A stretch of DNA of 64,000 nt from an uncultured Alphaproteobacteria bacterium (GTDB lineage: Bacteria; Pseudomonadota; Alphaproteobacteria; Sphingomonadales; Sphingomonadaceae). The stretch is taken from assembly GCA_963765775.1 (NCBI GenBank), contig CAVXXQ010000007.1, positions 57,769-121,768 of the forward strand. The letters are read 5' to 3'. Made by a program: the position numbers and the translations under genes. Positions 19,945 through 28,413 of the stretch are shown here, in pieces (within the stretch, counting starts at the first letter, position 1; every line of letters begins with the position of its first letter). The notes beneath the pieces were generated by a model. That model was not told the DNA's origin and made no database searches. It was given only the letters and a program-made list of their open reading frames with translations.

Positions 19945-20633
19945 ACCCGCCCCCCCTTCCACACAACCCGGCCGATAATCTCGACCTCGTCCGCCGCCAC
20001 CTCCACCGGGGGGTAGGCGAAGTTCTGCGACAATAGCGCCACCCGCCCCGCCCCGGCGCTTGCGACGCGCTTCACCATCAATGTCTCGCCTAGGCGCACC
20101 ACGTGGATGCCGTCGCGGAATGCGCGAGGGCTGCGGTCGATCAGTATCTCGTCGCCGTCGTTGAGCAGCGGCTCCATCGAATCCCCCTCGACCCGGATGG
20201 CTGACAGGCTGGCGCGGGCGAGGCCTTGCTCCTCCAGCCAGCGGCGCGAGAAGCGGAAGGTGTCGAAGGCCTCCTCGCCGCCCGCGATGCGCCCCGGCCC
20301 CGCCGAGGCGCCAAGGTCGAGCCGCGGCACGTCCACCCACTCGCCCGATTCGCGCTGCCTGAGGGGTTTTACGTAGGAATTTTCCTGCGCATCGCGCAAC
20401 TCCTCCTCCCCCACCCCGAAGAACCGCGCCAGCGTCGCGCGGTCCTGTTCCTCGAGCTTGCGGGGTGAGCCTTTGCGAATGAATTGCTGGAGATAGCTCG
20501 CATTGCGGCCGAGCAGCTCGGAGAGAGCTGCGAGGCTTACCCCCCGCTCTTGCGACAATTCGAGCAGCCGCGCGCGGGGTCCAGCGACCATTTTGCGGGG
20601 CGACTTACGAGGGGTTTGTACGATTTCCAGCAT
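19941..20633 (-). CDS. CI/LexA-like repressor: HTH plus S24 autopeptidase
   Basis: HTH (SLAALSELLGRNASYLQQFIRKG), Ala-Gly site in LGASAGPG, catalytic Ser in GDSMEP, Lys in MVKRV; start may be ATG 20591. Confidence 0.92.
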   Translation of the reverse strand: MLEIVQTPRKSPRKMVAGPRARLLELSQERGVSLAALSELLGRNASYLQQFIRKGSPRKLEEQDRATLARFFGVGEEELRDAQENSYVKPLRQRESGEWVDVPRLDLGASAGPGRIAGGEEAFDTFRFSRRWLEEQGLARASLSAIRVEGDSMEPLLNDGDEILIDRSPRAFRDGIHVVRLGETLMVKRVASAGAGRVALLSQNFAYPPVEVAADEVEIIGRVVWKGGRV

Positions 20634-20639
20634 GCAAAT

Positions 20640-20676
20640 ATCCTACACGAAGGATTTTTCCTAGACAAGTAGGAAA
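20640..20676. promoter_or_regulatory. Putative operator array in the divergent intergenic region
   Basis: Alternating half-sites TCCTA (20641), AAGGA (20650), TCCTA (20659), TAGGA (20670); perfect IR TTTCCTA-N6-TAGGAAA at 20657-20676. Confidence 0.65.
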
Positions 20677-20758
20677 TCGCATGAAACAAAAAGGGAACGC
20701 CGAGCTGATTCGCCGGGCGGAAACAATCATCTAGATCAGCAAAACAGGGACGCAAACC

Positions 20759-20962
20759 ATGCTGCTACGGACCATCGAGACCTTCATGCGCGAGCATGCC
20801 ATGCCCGCCACCAAGTTCGGGCGGCTCGCCGCTCACGACCCGCGCTTCGTGCTCGACCTGCGCATGGGGCGCACCCCGCGCCGCGACACCGAACTGCGCA
20901 CCCGCGCGTGGATGCAGGGCTACGCCGATGGCGCGTCCGCCGAAATGAGGGAGATGGCCTGA
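20759..20962 (+). CDS. Cro-like small HTH protein (67 aa)
   Basis: Helical pattern LLRTIETFMREH-MPATKFGRLAA-DPRFVLDLRMG; divergent from the S24 repressor. Confidence 0.75.
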   Translation: MLLRTIETFMREHAMPATKFGRLAAHDPRFVLDLRMGRTPRRDTELRTRAWMQGYADGASAEMREMA

Positions 20963-21378
20963 TGCTCACCGAAAGCCTTCGCGATCCGTTCGCCCACATG
21001 TTCGCCGATCTTGACCCGATCGAGCTCAAGTCCGCCCCCCGTCCCTCCGCCGCCCTGCGCCCCCGCCGCACGCTTGGCGACAGGGTACGCGCGGCGTTGA
21101 TGGGGCTGACCAGCGGCTCGGGCACGGTCCTCGTTCACAGCGAGACAACGTGGTCCTCCATCACCTTTTCCGGAACGCGCCACGAGGTGGTGCTGGAATT
21201 CTGCGGTCCTGACGCGGTCGCGGCGGGCGAGGAGCTGATCGAGCGGCTGCCCGATCACGAATTCGCCCTGCCCGGTCAGCTGGTTGCCGATGCGACGATC
21301 AGCGCGGTCGACCACCGCTTTGGCGCGATGGAGCGGCTGGAGGTGACGGCGGTGCTGTTGCTGCTGGAGGATGGCTGA
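20962..21378 (+). CDS. Hypothetical protein (138 aa), tail-terminator/DUF3168-like motif pattern
   Basis: ATG 20962 overlaps the Cro-like stop (TGATG); WSSITFSGTRHEVVL..LPDHEFALPGQLVAD..LLLLED. Confidence 0.75.
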   Translation: MLTESLRDPFAHMFADLDPIELKSAPRPSAALRPRRTLGDRVRAALMGLTSGSGTVLVHSETTWSSITFSGTRHEVVLEFCGPDAVAAGEELIERLPDHEFALPGQLVADATISAVDHRFGAMERLEVTAVLLLLEDG

Positions 21379-21390
21379 TTGTCATTTCCA

Positions 21391-21475
21391 CGTCTTCCCG
21401 GACTTGATCCGGGATCCCGCTTACTTTTGGCCGACGAAAAGGTAGCGGGGCCCCGGCTCGGGGGCCGGGGAGACG
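21391..21475. repeat. REP-like inverted repeat (type C), degenerate
   Basis: CGTCTTCCCGGACTTGATCCGGGATCCCGC ... GCGGGGCCCCGGCTCGGGGGCCGGGGAGACG between convergent genes. Confidence 0.75.
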
Positions 21476-21482
21476 AAAGTGG

Positions 21483-22919
21483 CTATGTCCGCCGGATCAC
21501 CAGATTCCGGATCTCGCTCATGTCCTCCATTGCAAAGCGGATCCCCTCGCGGCCGAGGCCCGAATCCTTGACCCCGCCATAGGGCATGTTGTCGACGCGG
21601 TAGCTCGGCACGTCGTTGATCACGACGCCGCCGACATCGAGCCGGTCCCAGGCGTCGAACATCTGGAACAGGTCGCGGGTGAAGATGCCCGCCTGAAGGC
21701 CGAACTTCGAATTGTTCACCTCCTCCAGCGCCTCATCGAATTGGGTGAAGCGTTGCAGGATGGCGAGCGGGCCGAAGGCTTCCTCGTTCTTCGCCTTGGC
21801 GCCGTCTGGCACATTCTCGAGCAGGGTCGCCTCCAGCATATTGCCGCGGCTGAGCCCGCCCCCGCACAGCAGGGTCGCGCCGGATTCCACCGCCTCGTCG
21901 ATCCAGCCCTTCAGCCGCTTGGCTTCGCCGTCCGAGATCATCGGGCCGATGAAGGTGTCGCGGTCCTTGGGGTCGCCTGCGACCAGCTTGCCCGCGCGCT
22001 CCACCAGCATCGCCTTGAAAGCATCGTAGACGTCGGCGTGGATCAGGATGCGCTGCACCCCGATGCATGACTGGCCCGACTGGTAGAAGGCGCCGAAGAT
22101 GACGCGTTCCAGCGCGTCGGCCAGATCGGCATCCTTGTCGACGATCACCGCCGCATTGCCGCCGAGTTCGAGCACGACCTTCTTCTTGCCCGCCTTGGCC
22201 TTCAGATCCCAGCCCACCCCGGGCGAGCCAGTGAAGCTGAGCAGCTTCAACCGCTCGTCCTGCGTGAACATATCCGCGCCTTCGCGGTGCGCGGGAAGGA
22301 TGCTGAAGGCGCCCTCAGGCAGAATGTCGCATTCGGCCAGCACCTCGCCCATAATGATCGCGCCCAGCGGCGTCTTGGAGGCGGGCTTCATGACGAAGGG
22401 GCAGCCCATCGCGATGGCAGGCGCGATCTTGTGCGCGGCGAGGTTCAGCGGGAAGTTGAACGGGCTGATGAAGCTGCACGGGCCGATGGGGACGCGCTTC
22501 CACATGCCCTGATAGCCCTTGGCGCGCGGGGAAATGTCGAGCGGCTGGACCTCGCCGTAGTTGCGCACCGCTTCTTCGGCGGCGATGCGGAAAGTGTCGA
22601 TCAACCGGCTGACCTCGCCCTCGCTATCCTTGATCGGCTTGCCCGCCTCGACACACAGGGCGTAGGCGAGCTCGTCTGCGCGTTCCTTGAAGCGCCGGAC
22701 GCAGTGCATCAGCACGTCCTGCTTCTCGTAGGACGCAAGCCGCGCCATCGGTTCGGCCGCGCGGACGGCGCCTGCGATGGCCTCCTCGATCACATCGGGC
22801 GTCGCCATCGCAGTGCGGAAGGCGACCTCGCCGGTGTATTTGTCGGTCACCTCAAGATCGGTGTTGGGCTGCACCGCCTTGTTATTGAGGTAGAGCGGGT
22901 AGACAGAATTGAGCTTCAC
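21483..22919 (-). CDS. Aldehyde dehydrogenase family protein
   Basis: SPFNFPLN, MKPA, FTGS, LELGGN, GQSCI catalytic Cys, EEAFGP, GLQAGIFT. Confidence 0.95.
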   Translation of the reverse strand: MKLNSVYPLYLNNKAVQPNTDLEVTDKYTGEVAFRTAMATPDVIEEAIAGAVRAAEPMARLASYEKQDVLMHCVRRFKERADELAYALCVEAGKPIKDSEGEVSRLIDTFRIAAEEAVRNYGEVQPLDISPRAKGYQGMWKRVPIGPCSFISPFNFPLNLAAHKIAPAIAMGCPFVMKPASKTPLGAIIMGEVLAECDILPEGAFSILPAHREGADMFTQDERLKLLSFTGSPGVGWDLKAKAGKKKVVLELGGNAAVIVDKDADLADALERVIFGAFYQSGQSCIGVQRILIHADVYDAFKAMLVERAGKLVAGDPKDRDTFIGPMISDGEAKRLKGWIDEAVESGATLLCGGGLSRGNMLEATLLENVPDGAKAKNEEAFGPLAILQRFTQFDEALEEVNNSKFGLQAGIFTRDLFQMFDAWDRLDVGGVVINDVPSYRVDNMPYGGVKDSGLGREGIRFAMEDMSEIRNLVIRRT

Positions 22920-22955
22920 GCGAGGTCTCCAGCGATTGTCTGCGACTGCGGTGCT

Positions 22956-24611
22956 CTAGAGCTCCTTGCTCAGCCGCTTGATATCGTGGTTCAGGATCTG
23001 GTCGTTTTCGGTGTAATCCACCGGGCAATCGATCAGATGCACACCCGGCGTGGCAAGGCAGTGCGCCAGCAGGTCGGTGAGGTGCTCGGAGGACGTCACC
23101 CGGTGCCCGATCGCGCCGTAGCTTTCGGCGTATTTCACGAAATCAGGGTTGCCGTAGGTCAGGCCGAAATCCGCAAAGCCCATGTTGGCCTGCTTCCAGC
23201 GGATCATCCCGTAAGCGTCATCGCGCAGGATCAGCACGGTGAGATTGAGGCCGAGGCGGACCGCGGTCTCCATCTCCTGGCTGTTCATCATGAAGCCGCC
23301 ATCGCCGCAGATCGCCATCACCTTGCGGTCGGGATAAAGCATCGATGACATCATCGCGCTCGGCAGGCCCGCGCCCATCGTCGCCAGCGCATTGTCGAGC
23401 AGCACGGTGTTGGGCAGGTAAGCAGTGTAGCCGCGCGCGAACCAGATCTTGTAGACCCCGTTGTCGAGGCAAATGATCGCGTCTTCGGGCATCGCACTGC
23501 GCACTTGGGCCACCAGATGCGGCGGGAAGATCGGGAAACGCGTGTCGGCGGCGAGCGGCGCGGTGTGGGCGACCTCGGCGGCGCGGTATTCGAGCGTCCG
23601 GCCAAAGTCCCAGCGCCCTTGCGGGACGATGTCTTCCTTGATCTGGTAAATCGCGTTGGCGATGTCGCCGATCACTTCGATATGCGGGAAATAGACCGGA
23701 TCGACCTCGGCCGTGCGGGTCGAGACGTGGATCACCGTCGGCCCGCCCGCCTGCATGAAGAACGGCGGCTTCTCGATCACGTCGTGGCCGATGTTGACGA
23801 TGCAGTCCGCGTCCTGGATCGCGCGGTGCACGAAGTCGCCTGCCGAAAGCGCGGCGCAGCCGAGGAACAGCGGGTGACGCTCGTCGACCACGCCCTTGCC
23901 CATTTGCGTCGTGACGAAGGGGATGCCGGTCTTGTCGATCAACTGGCGTAGCATTCGCCCGGTCATCTTGCGGTTGGCGCCCGCGCCGATGACGAGGATC
24001 GGGGCCTTGGCGCCCTCGATCGCGAGCACCGCCTGACGCACCGCCTTTTCCTCGGCAATCGGGCGGCGGGCAAGGCTGGCGGGGATCGGCTGGCTGGTGG
24101 TGTGCTCCTCGGCGATGTCCTCGGGGAACTCGAGATGCACCGCGCCGGGCTTCTCCTCCTCGGCCAGCCGGATCGCCTCGCGCACCCGGCTGGGGATGTT
24201 GTCGGCGCTGGCGAGCTGGTGGGCGTATTTGGTGATCGGGCTCATCATCGCCACCACGTCGAGGATCTGGAAGCGGCCCTGCTTGGATTTCTTGATCGGC
24301 TTCTGGCCGGTGATCGCCAGCGTCGGCATCCCGCCGAGCTGCGAATAGGCGACCGCGGTCACCATATTGGTCGCCCCCGGGCCCAACGTGGCGAGGAACA
24401 CGCCGGTCTTGCCGGTGTGCCGGCCGTAGGTCGCGGCCATGAAGCCTGCGCCCTGTTCATGGCGGGTGAGGATCAGCTTGATCTTGTCAGACTTCGAAAG
24501 ACTTTCGAGAAAGTCGAGGTTCTCCTCGCCCGGCACGCCGAAGATGTATTCGACGCCCTCGGCCTCGAGGCACTCGATAAACAGGTCCGATGCCTTCTTG
24601 GTGTCGCTCAT
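22956..24611 (-). CDS. ThDP-dependent acetolactate synthase large subunit-like enzyme
   Basis: FGVPGEEN, RHEQGAGFMA, TLGPGATN, ThDP motif GDGGFMMN. Confidence 0.92.
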   Translation of the reverse strand: MSDTKKASDLFIECLEAEGVEYIFGVPGEENLDFLESLSKSDKIKLILTRHEQGAGFMAATYGRHTGKTGVFLATLGPGATNMVTAVAYSQLGGMPTLAITGQKPIKKSKQGRFQILDVVAMMSPITKYAHQLASADNIPSRVREAIRLAEEEKPGAVHLEFPEDIAEEHTTSQPIPASLARRPIAEEKAVRQAVLAIEGAKAPILVIGAGANRKMTGRMLRQLIDKTGIPFVTTQMGKGVVDERHPLFLGCAALSAGDFVHRAIQDADCIVNIGHDVIEKPPFFMQAGGPTVIHVSTRTAEVDPVYFPHIEVIGDIANAIYQIKEDIVPQGRWDFGRTLEYRAAEVAHTAPLAADTRFPIFPPHLVAQVRSAMPEDAIICLDNGVYKIWFARGYTAYLPNTVLLDNALATMGAGLPSAMMSSMLYPDRKVMAICGDGGFMMNSQEMETAVRLGLNLTVLILRDDAYGMIRWKQANMGFADFGLTYGNPDFVKYAESYGAIGHRVTSSEHLTDLLAHCLATPGVHLIDCPVDYTENDQILNHDIKRLSKEL

Positions 24612-24741
24612 GCTTGCAATCCCCCCGGTCGCTGGCGCCGCACTGCGTTGCAGTTAGCGCATGCTTGTGACAGCGCGGTGATGCGCGTTCACGGGCGAGG
24701 AGTCTTGCAGAAAAGCGCCAAGGCGCAAACGCTCGTGCGAT

Positions 24742-25692
24742 TCAGTATCCGAGGCGCGGGTCGAACACCGGGGCGACAGGCTCACCCTTCAGATACCTGC
24801 CCAGGTTCTCGAGGAAGCGATCGGCGGAGCGCACGAACATCTTGTCCTGTGCCCGGCCCGAAAGGTGCATCGAGATATGCGCACCCGGCAGCGACCACAG
24901 CGGGTGGTCGGCTGGGAGCGGCTCGGGCGTGGTGACATCAAGGAACGCAGCCCCGATGGTCTTCTTTTCGAGCGCCTCCACCAGCGCCGGCTGGTCGATC
25001 ACCGAGCCGCGCGCGATGTTCACGATCACTGCGTCGGATTTCATCGCCGCAAGCTCATCCGCACCGATCATGCCCTCGGTTTCGGGCGTCGAGGGAACGG
25101 CGAGGATCACCCAGTCGAACTCACCAAGCCGCGCGCGCCATTCGTCGGGGCCGAGGGTGTTTTCACCGGCGCTGCGGCGCACCACGCTGACCTCGACATC
25201 GAAGGCCTTCAGGCGCGGCTCAATCAGCTTGCCGATCGCGCCGTAGCCGAGCAGCAGCGCTTTCGACCCCGCCAGCTCGCGCTTGCCGGGGCTGTCGAGC
25301 AGCCACTCGTGCCGATCCTGCGCGCGCACCACCTCGCGGTAGCCCTTGGCGATGTTGAGCATCCCCATCACCACATATTCGGCGATGGTGATGGCATTGA
25401 TCCCCGCCCCGTTGGTGACAGTGATCCCGCGCTCGATCAGCACGTCCATCGGCATGAAGTCGAGTCCTGCGTAGATCGAATTGAGCCACTTGAGCTGCTT
25501 GGCCGCCAACAGCGTCTCGACCATCGCGTCCTTGTCGTTCATGTCGAACCAGCCGATCTCGGCCCCGGCGACCGCGCCCATCGCCTCGTCGTGGGTCATG
25601 AACCAGCGCACGTCGAGGCCCTGCGGCAGGCGCGGTTCAAGCATCGGGCGGATCAGGCCGGAGATGGCCAAAGTGATCGGGCGCGTGGTCAT
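24742..25692 (-). CDS. D-2-hydroxyacid dehydrogenase
   Basis: GYGAIG, VNIARG, LDVTTPEPL, SMHLSG; start re-picked at ATG 25692. Confidence 0.92.
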   Translation of the reverse strand: MTTRPITLAISGLIRPMLEPRLPQGLDVRWFMTHDEAMGAVAGAEIGWFDMNDKDAMVETLLAAKQLKWLNSIYAGLDFMPMDVLIERGITVTNGAGINAITIAEYVVMGMLNIAKGYREVVRAQDRHEWLLDSPGKRELAGSKALLLGYGAIGKLIEPRLKAFDVEVSVVRRSAGENTLGPDEWRARLGEFDWVILAVPSTPETEGMIGADELAAMKSDAVIVNIARGSVIDQPALVEALEKKTIGAAFLDVTTPEPLPADHPLWSLPGAHISMHLSGRAQDKMFVRSADRFLENLGRYLKGEPVAPVFDPRLGY

Positions 25693-25707
25693 CGATGTTC
25701 CTCTAAT

Positions 25708-25792
25708 CCCCGCCCCGGGCTTGACCCGGGGTCCAGCTTTTCTGGTGGCTGAGGTGAAGGGAGCGGGGTCCCGGGTCAAGCCCGGGACGGGG
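25708..25792. repeat. REP-like inverted repeat (type C)
   Basis: CCCCGCCCCGGGCTTGACCCGGGGTCC ... GGGGTCCCGGGTCAAGCCCGGGACGGGG; same CCGG-CTTGA-CCGGG core as 21391. Confidence 0.85.
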
Positions 25793-25796
25793 TGAG

Positions 25797-27248
25797 TCAG
25801 CCGAGCTTCCATTCCCAGCCGAGCGGATCGCCATCCATCACCTCGACGCCTTGGGCGACAAGTTCGTCGCGGATCGCGTCGGATGTAGCGAAGTCCTTGG
25901 CGGCGCGGGCCTCCTTGCGGCGGGCGAGCGCGGCTTCGATTTCGGCTTCGCTGACGGCCGCGGACTTGGGGCGGATGCGCAGATCGACGCGGGTGAGGTT
26001 GAGGAGGTCGAGGCCAAGGACGGCGTCCATATCCTCGACCACTGCGCGCTTGATACCGGCATCAATCTTTTTGACGGCGAGCGCCTCTTCCAGTGCGGTC
26101 AGAGCAATCGGCGTATTGAGATCGTCTGCCATCGCCTCATCGAACCGCGCCAGCACGGGCGCAAACTTCGGATGTTCTGCCTCAGGTTGCGGCAGCACGT
26201 CTGCCAGCGTGGCGGCCGCCATCACCATCCGCTTCAACCGCGTCAGCGCAGCCCCCAGGCCCTCCCACGAGAACTCCAGCTCGCTGCGATAATGCGCCTG
26301 CAGGCACATCAGCCGATACGCCAGCGGATGATACCCCCTGTCGATCAGCAGCTGCAGCCGCAGGAACTCTCCCGAGGACTTCGACATCTTCCCTGACCGC
26401 TCGACGAGGAAGTTGTTGTGCATCCAGATCCGCGCGCCCGAATTCTTCGCGTCGTCCAAGCCATTGGTGCAGCAATGCGCCTGGTTCTGCGCAATCTCGT
26501 TGGGATGGTGGATCTCGCGGTGGTCGATCCCGCCGGTGTGGATGTCGAAGGGGAAGCCCAGCACCTCGCCGCTCATCACCGAGCATTCGAGATGCCAGCC
26601 GGGCGCGCCCTTGCCCCACGGCGAATCCCACTCCATCTGGCGGCTTTCGCCCGGCGGGGTCTTGCGCCAGATTGCGAAGTCGGCGGCGTTGCGCTTGCCC
26701 TCGACGCTTTCGATCCGGCCTTCCCCTTCGTCGGTCACGGCACGCGCCAGACGGCCATAATCCGCGACGGTCGAGACGTCGAAATAGAGGCCGCTATCGA
26801 GCTCATAGCAGTGCTTGTCCGCGATGCCTTGCGCAAATGCGATCATCTGCGGGACGTAGTCGGTGGCGATGGTCCACTGCGCCGGCTGGCGGATATTGAG
26901 CGCTGTCACATCGGCCCAATAGGCCTGCTTGTAATGCTCGGCGATGTCCCAGATCGACTCCGCTTTCTCGGCAGCCATCTTCTCCATCTTGTCCTCGCCC
27001 GCATCGGCATCATCGGTGAGGTGGCCCACATCCGTGATGTTGATGACGTGCGTGAGCCTATAGCCCTTCCAGCTCAGCGTGCGCCCCAGCACATCGGCAA
27101 AGACGTAGGCGCGCATATTGCCGATGTGAGGATAGTTGTAGACCGTCGGCCCGCACGAATAGACGCGCGCCTCACCGGCATGGACAGGCTCGAACACCTC
27201 GACTTGGCGGGTGAGCGAGTTGAACAGTTTGAGAGACGCGTCAGTCAT
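25797..27248 (-). CDS. cysS: Cysteine--tRNA ligase
   Basis: CGPTVY, HIGN, PGWHLECS, HTGGIDH, KMSKS. Confidence 0.97.
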   Translation of the reverse strand: MTDASLKLFNSLTRQVEVFEPVHAGEARVYSCGPTVYNYPHIGNMRAYVFADVLGRTLSWKGYRLTHVINITDVGHLTDDADAGEDKMEKMAAEKAESIWDIAEHYKQAYWADVTALNIRQPAQWTIATDYVPQMIAFAQGIADKHCYELDSGLYFDVSTVADYGRLARAVTDEGEGRIESVEGKRNAADFAIWRKTPPGESRQMEWDSPWGKGAPGWHLECSVMSGEVLGFPFDIHTGGIDHREIHHPNEIAQNQAHCCTNGLDDAKNSGARIWMHNNFLVERSGKMSKSSGEFLRLQLLIDRGYHPLAYRLMCLQAHYRSELEFSWEGLGAALTRLKRMVMAAATLADVLPQPEAEHPKFAPVLARFDEAMADDLNTPIALTALEEALAVKKIDAGIKRAVVEDMDAVLGLDLLNLTRVDLRIRPKSAAVSEAEIEAALARRKEARAAKDFATSDAIRDELVAQGVEVMDGDPLGWEWKLG

Positions 27249-27292
27249 GGGCGAGGCCTTTGCCCCAATCCGTCACCCGAGCGCAAGCCGGG

Positions 27293-27955
27293 TCAATCGA
27301 AGCCGATGAACTTCACGTGTTGGTCCAGCGGCACGCGCTCGCGCTCGAAATTGTTCACCGGGGCGTCCGGGTCGCGATAGCCGATCGCCATGCCGCAGAA
27401 GAACATGTAGCGGTCGTGATCGAGGCCGAGGAAGTCGCGGATCGTGTTGGCGTAGAGCGCCATGAATTCCTGATAGCAGCTGTCGAGCCCCTCTTCGCGC
27501 AGCAGCAGCGCGGCGGTCTGGAGCCACATGCCGACATCCGACCACTGCGGCTCCTTCATCAGGCGCGGGAAATAGACGAACATGACAGCAGGCGCATCGA
27601 AGCTGACCGCGTTCTTGGCCATCGCCGCCATACGGCCAGCCCCGTCATCGCGGGCAATCCCCATCGCCCCGAACATGCCGGCAGAAACTCCGTCGAGGCG
27701 CTTTTTGTAAGCCTCCTCCTGCCCGGGCGAGGCCCAGTCATATTCGGCGGCACCGGGGCCATTGGCGATGATCTTCGCCTGCAAATCCTTGAGCGCCGCA
27801 CCGGTGACGATGCTCGCCTCCCACGGCTGGTAATTGCACCCCGAGGCCGCCCATCGCGCCTTGTCCATCACGCGGGTGATGGTGGCCAGATCGACCGGCT
27901 TGTCGAGAAAAGCGCGGATCGAGCGGCGGGTGGTGACAGCTTCGGTGACGTTCAT
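27293..27955 (-). CDS. Nitroreductase family protein
   Basis: RRSIRAF, AASGCNYQPW, DVGMWLQ, CGMAIGY. Confidence 0.92.
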   Translation of the reverse strand: MNVTEAVTTRRSIRAFLDKPVDLATITRVMDKARWAASGCNYQPWEASIVTGAALKDLQAKIIANGPGAAEYDWASPGQEEAYKKRLDGVSAGMFGAMGIARDDGAGRMAAMAKNAVSFDAPAVMFVYFPRLMKEPQWSDVGMWLQTAALLLREEGLDSCYQEFMALYANTIRDFLGLDHDRYMFFCGMAIGYRDPDAPVNNFERERVPLDQHVKFIGFD

Positions 27956-28413
27956 CAGTTCAGTTTCCTATCTTCCAATTCGACCACCCGAACAACCGTT
28001 TCGGGAACGGCGATGATTTCAACACAGAGATCCTCGCCAGCTACCATCAGATGGATAAATTCATCTGACCAGGGCACAGGGCTCGCTGAGCGGATTTCAT
28101 CGAGGAATGCACTAGCCTCGATCTTGTAGATGGAAGTCTTCGGATCGACCCCCTCAGCAGTCCGAACGCCCCAATAGTGCAGTAGGTCGCCTTCGTCCGT
28201 GGCCCGAAAACTGACAATGCGGTCGACCACGATCTCTATTCGGCGAGGTGGGTAACCGATAAGATTGGGCGTTTGGGGCACGGCCTCTTCGGCAAAAAGG
28301 CGAATGGCGCAACTTTCGGGGCCTGTCTGAACCGCAGTGATGTGCCAGCCGAACGACGTGATCGCTTCTGGAAGCTGCACCGCAAATGGACTAAAACCTC
28401 TGGGAAGAGTCAC
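27955..28413 (-). CDS. Hypothetical protein (152 aa), AT-richer than flanks
   Basis: Open frame overlapping the cobT stop (GTGA) and the nitroreductase start (TGATG); atypical codons. Confidence 0.65.
   Translation of the reverse strand: MTLPRGFSPFAVQLPEAITSFGWHITAVQTGPESCAIRLFAEEAVPQTPNLIGYPPRRIEIVVDRIVSFRATDEGDLLHYWGVRTAEGVDPKTSIYKIEASAFLDEIRSASPVPWSDEFIHLMVAGEDLCVEIIAVPETVVRVVELEDRKLN

Noticed and set aside
19941-20633. Calling the S24 protein LexA
   Set aside because: The N-terminus is a Cro/CI-type HTH, not the winged MLTxKQ-type LexA domain, and I saw no GTTC-N7-GTTC box upstream
19654-21378. Prophage call for the repressor region
   Set aside because: No integrase, att repeats, replication, packaging or lysis genes; flanked directly by housekeeping genes
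24750-24785. REP-like fragment CGCGGGTCGAACACCGGGGCGAC
   Set aside because: Lies inside the dehydrogenase C-terminal codons (PVAPVFDPRL) and has no partner arm
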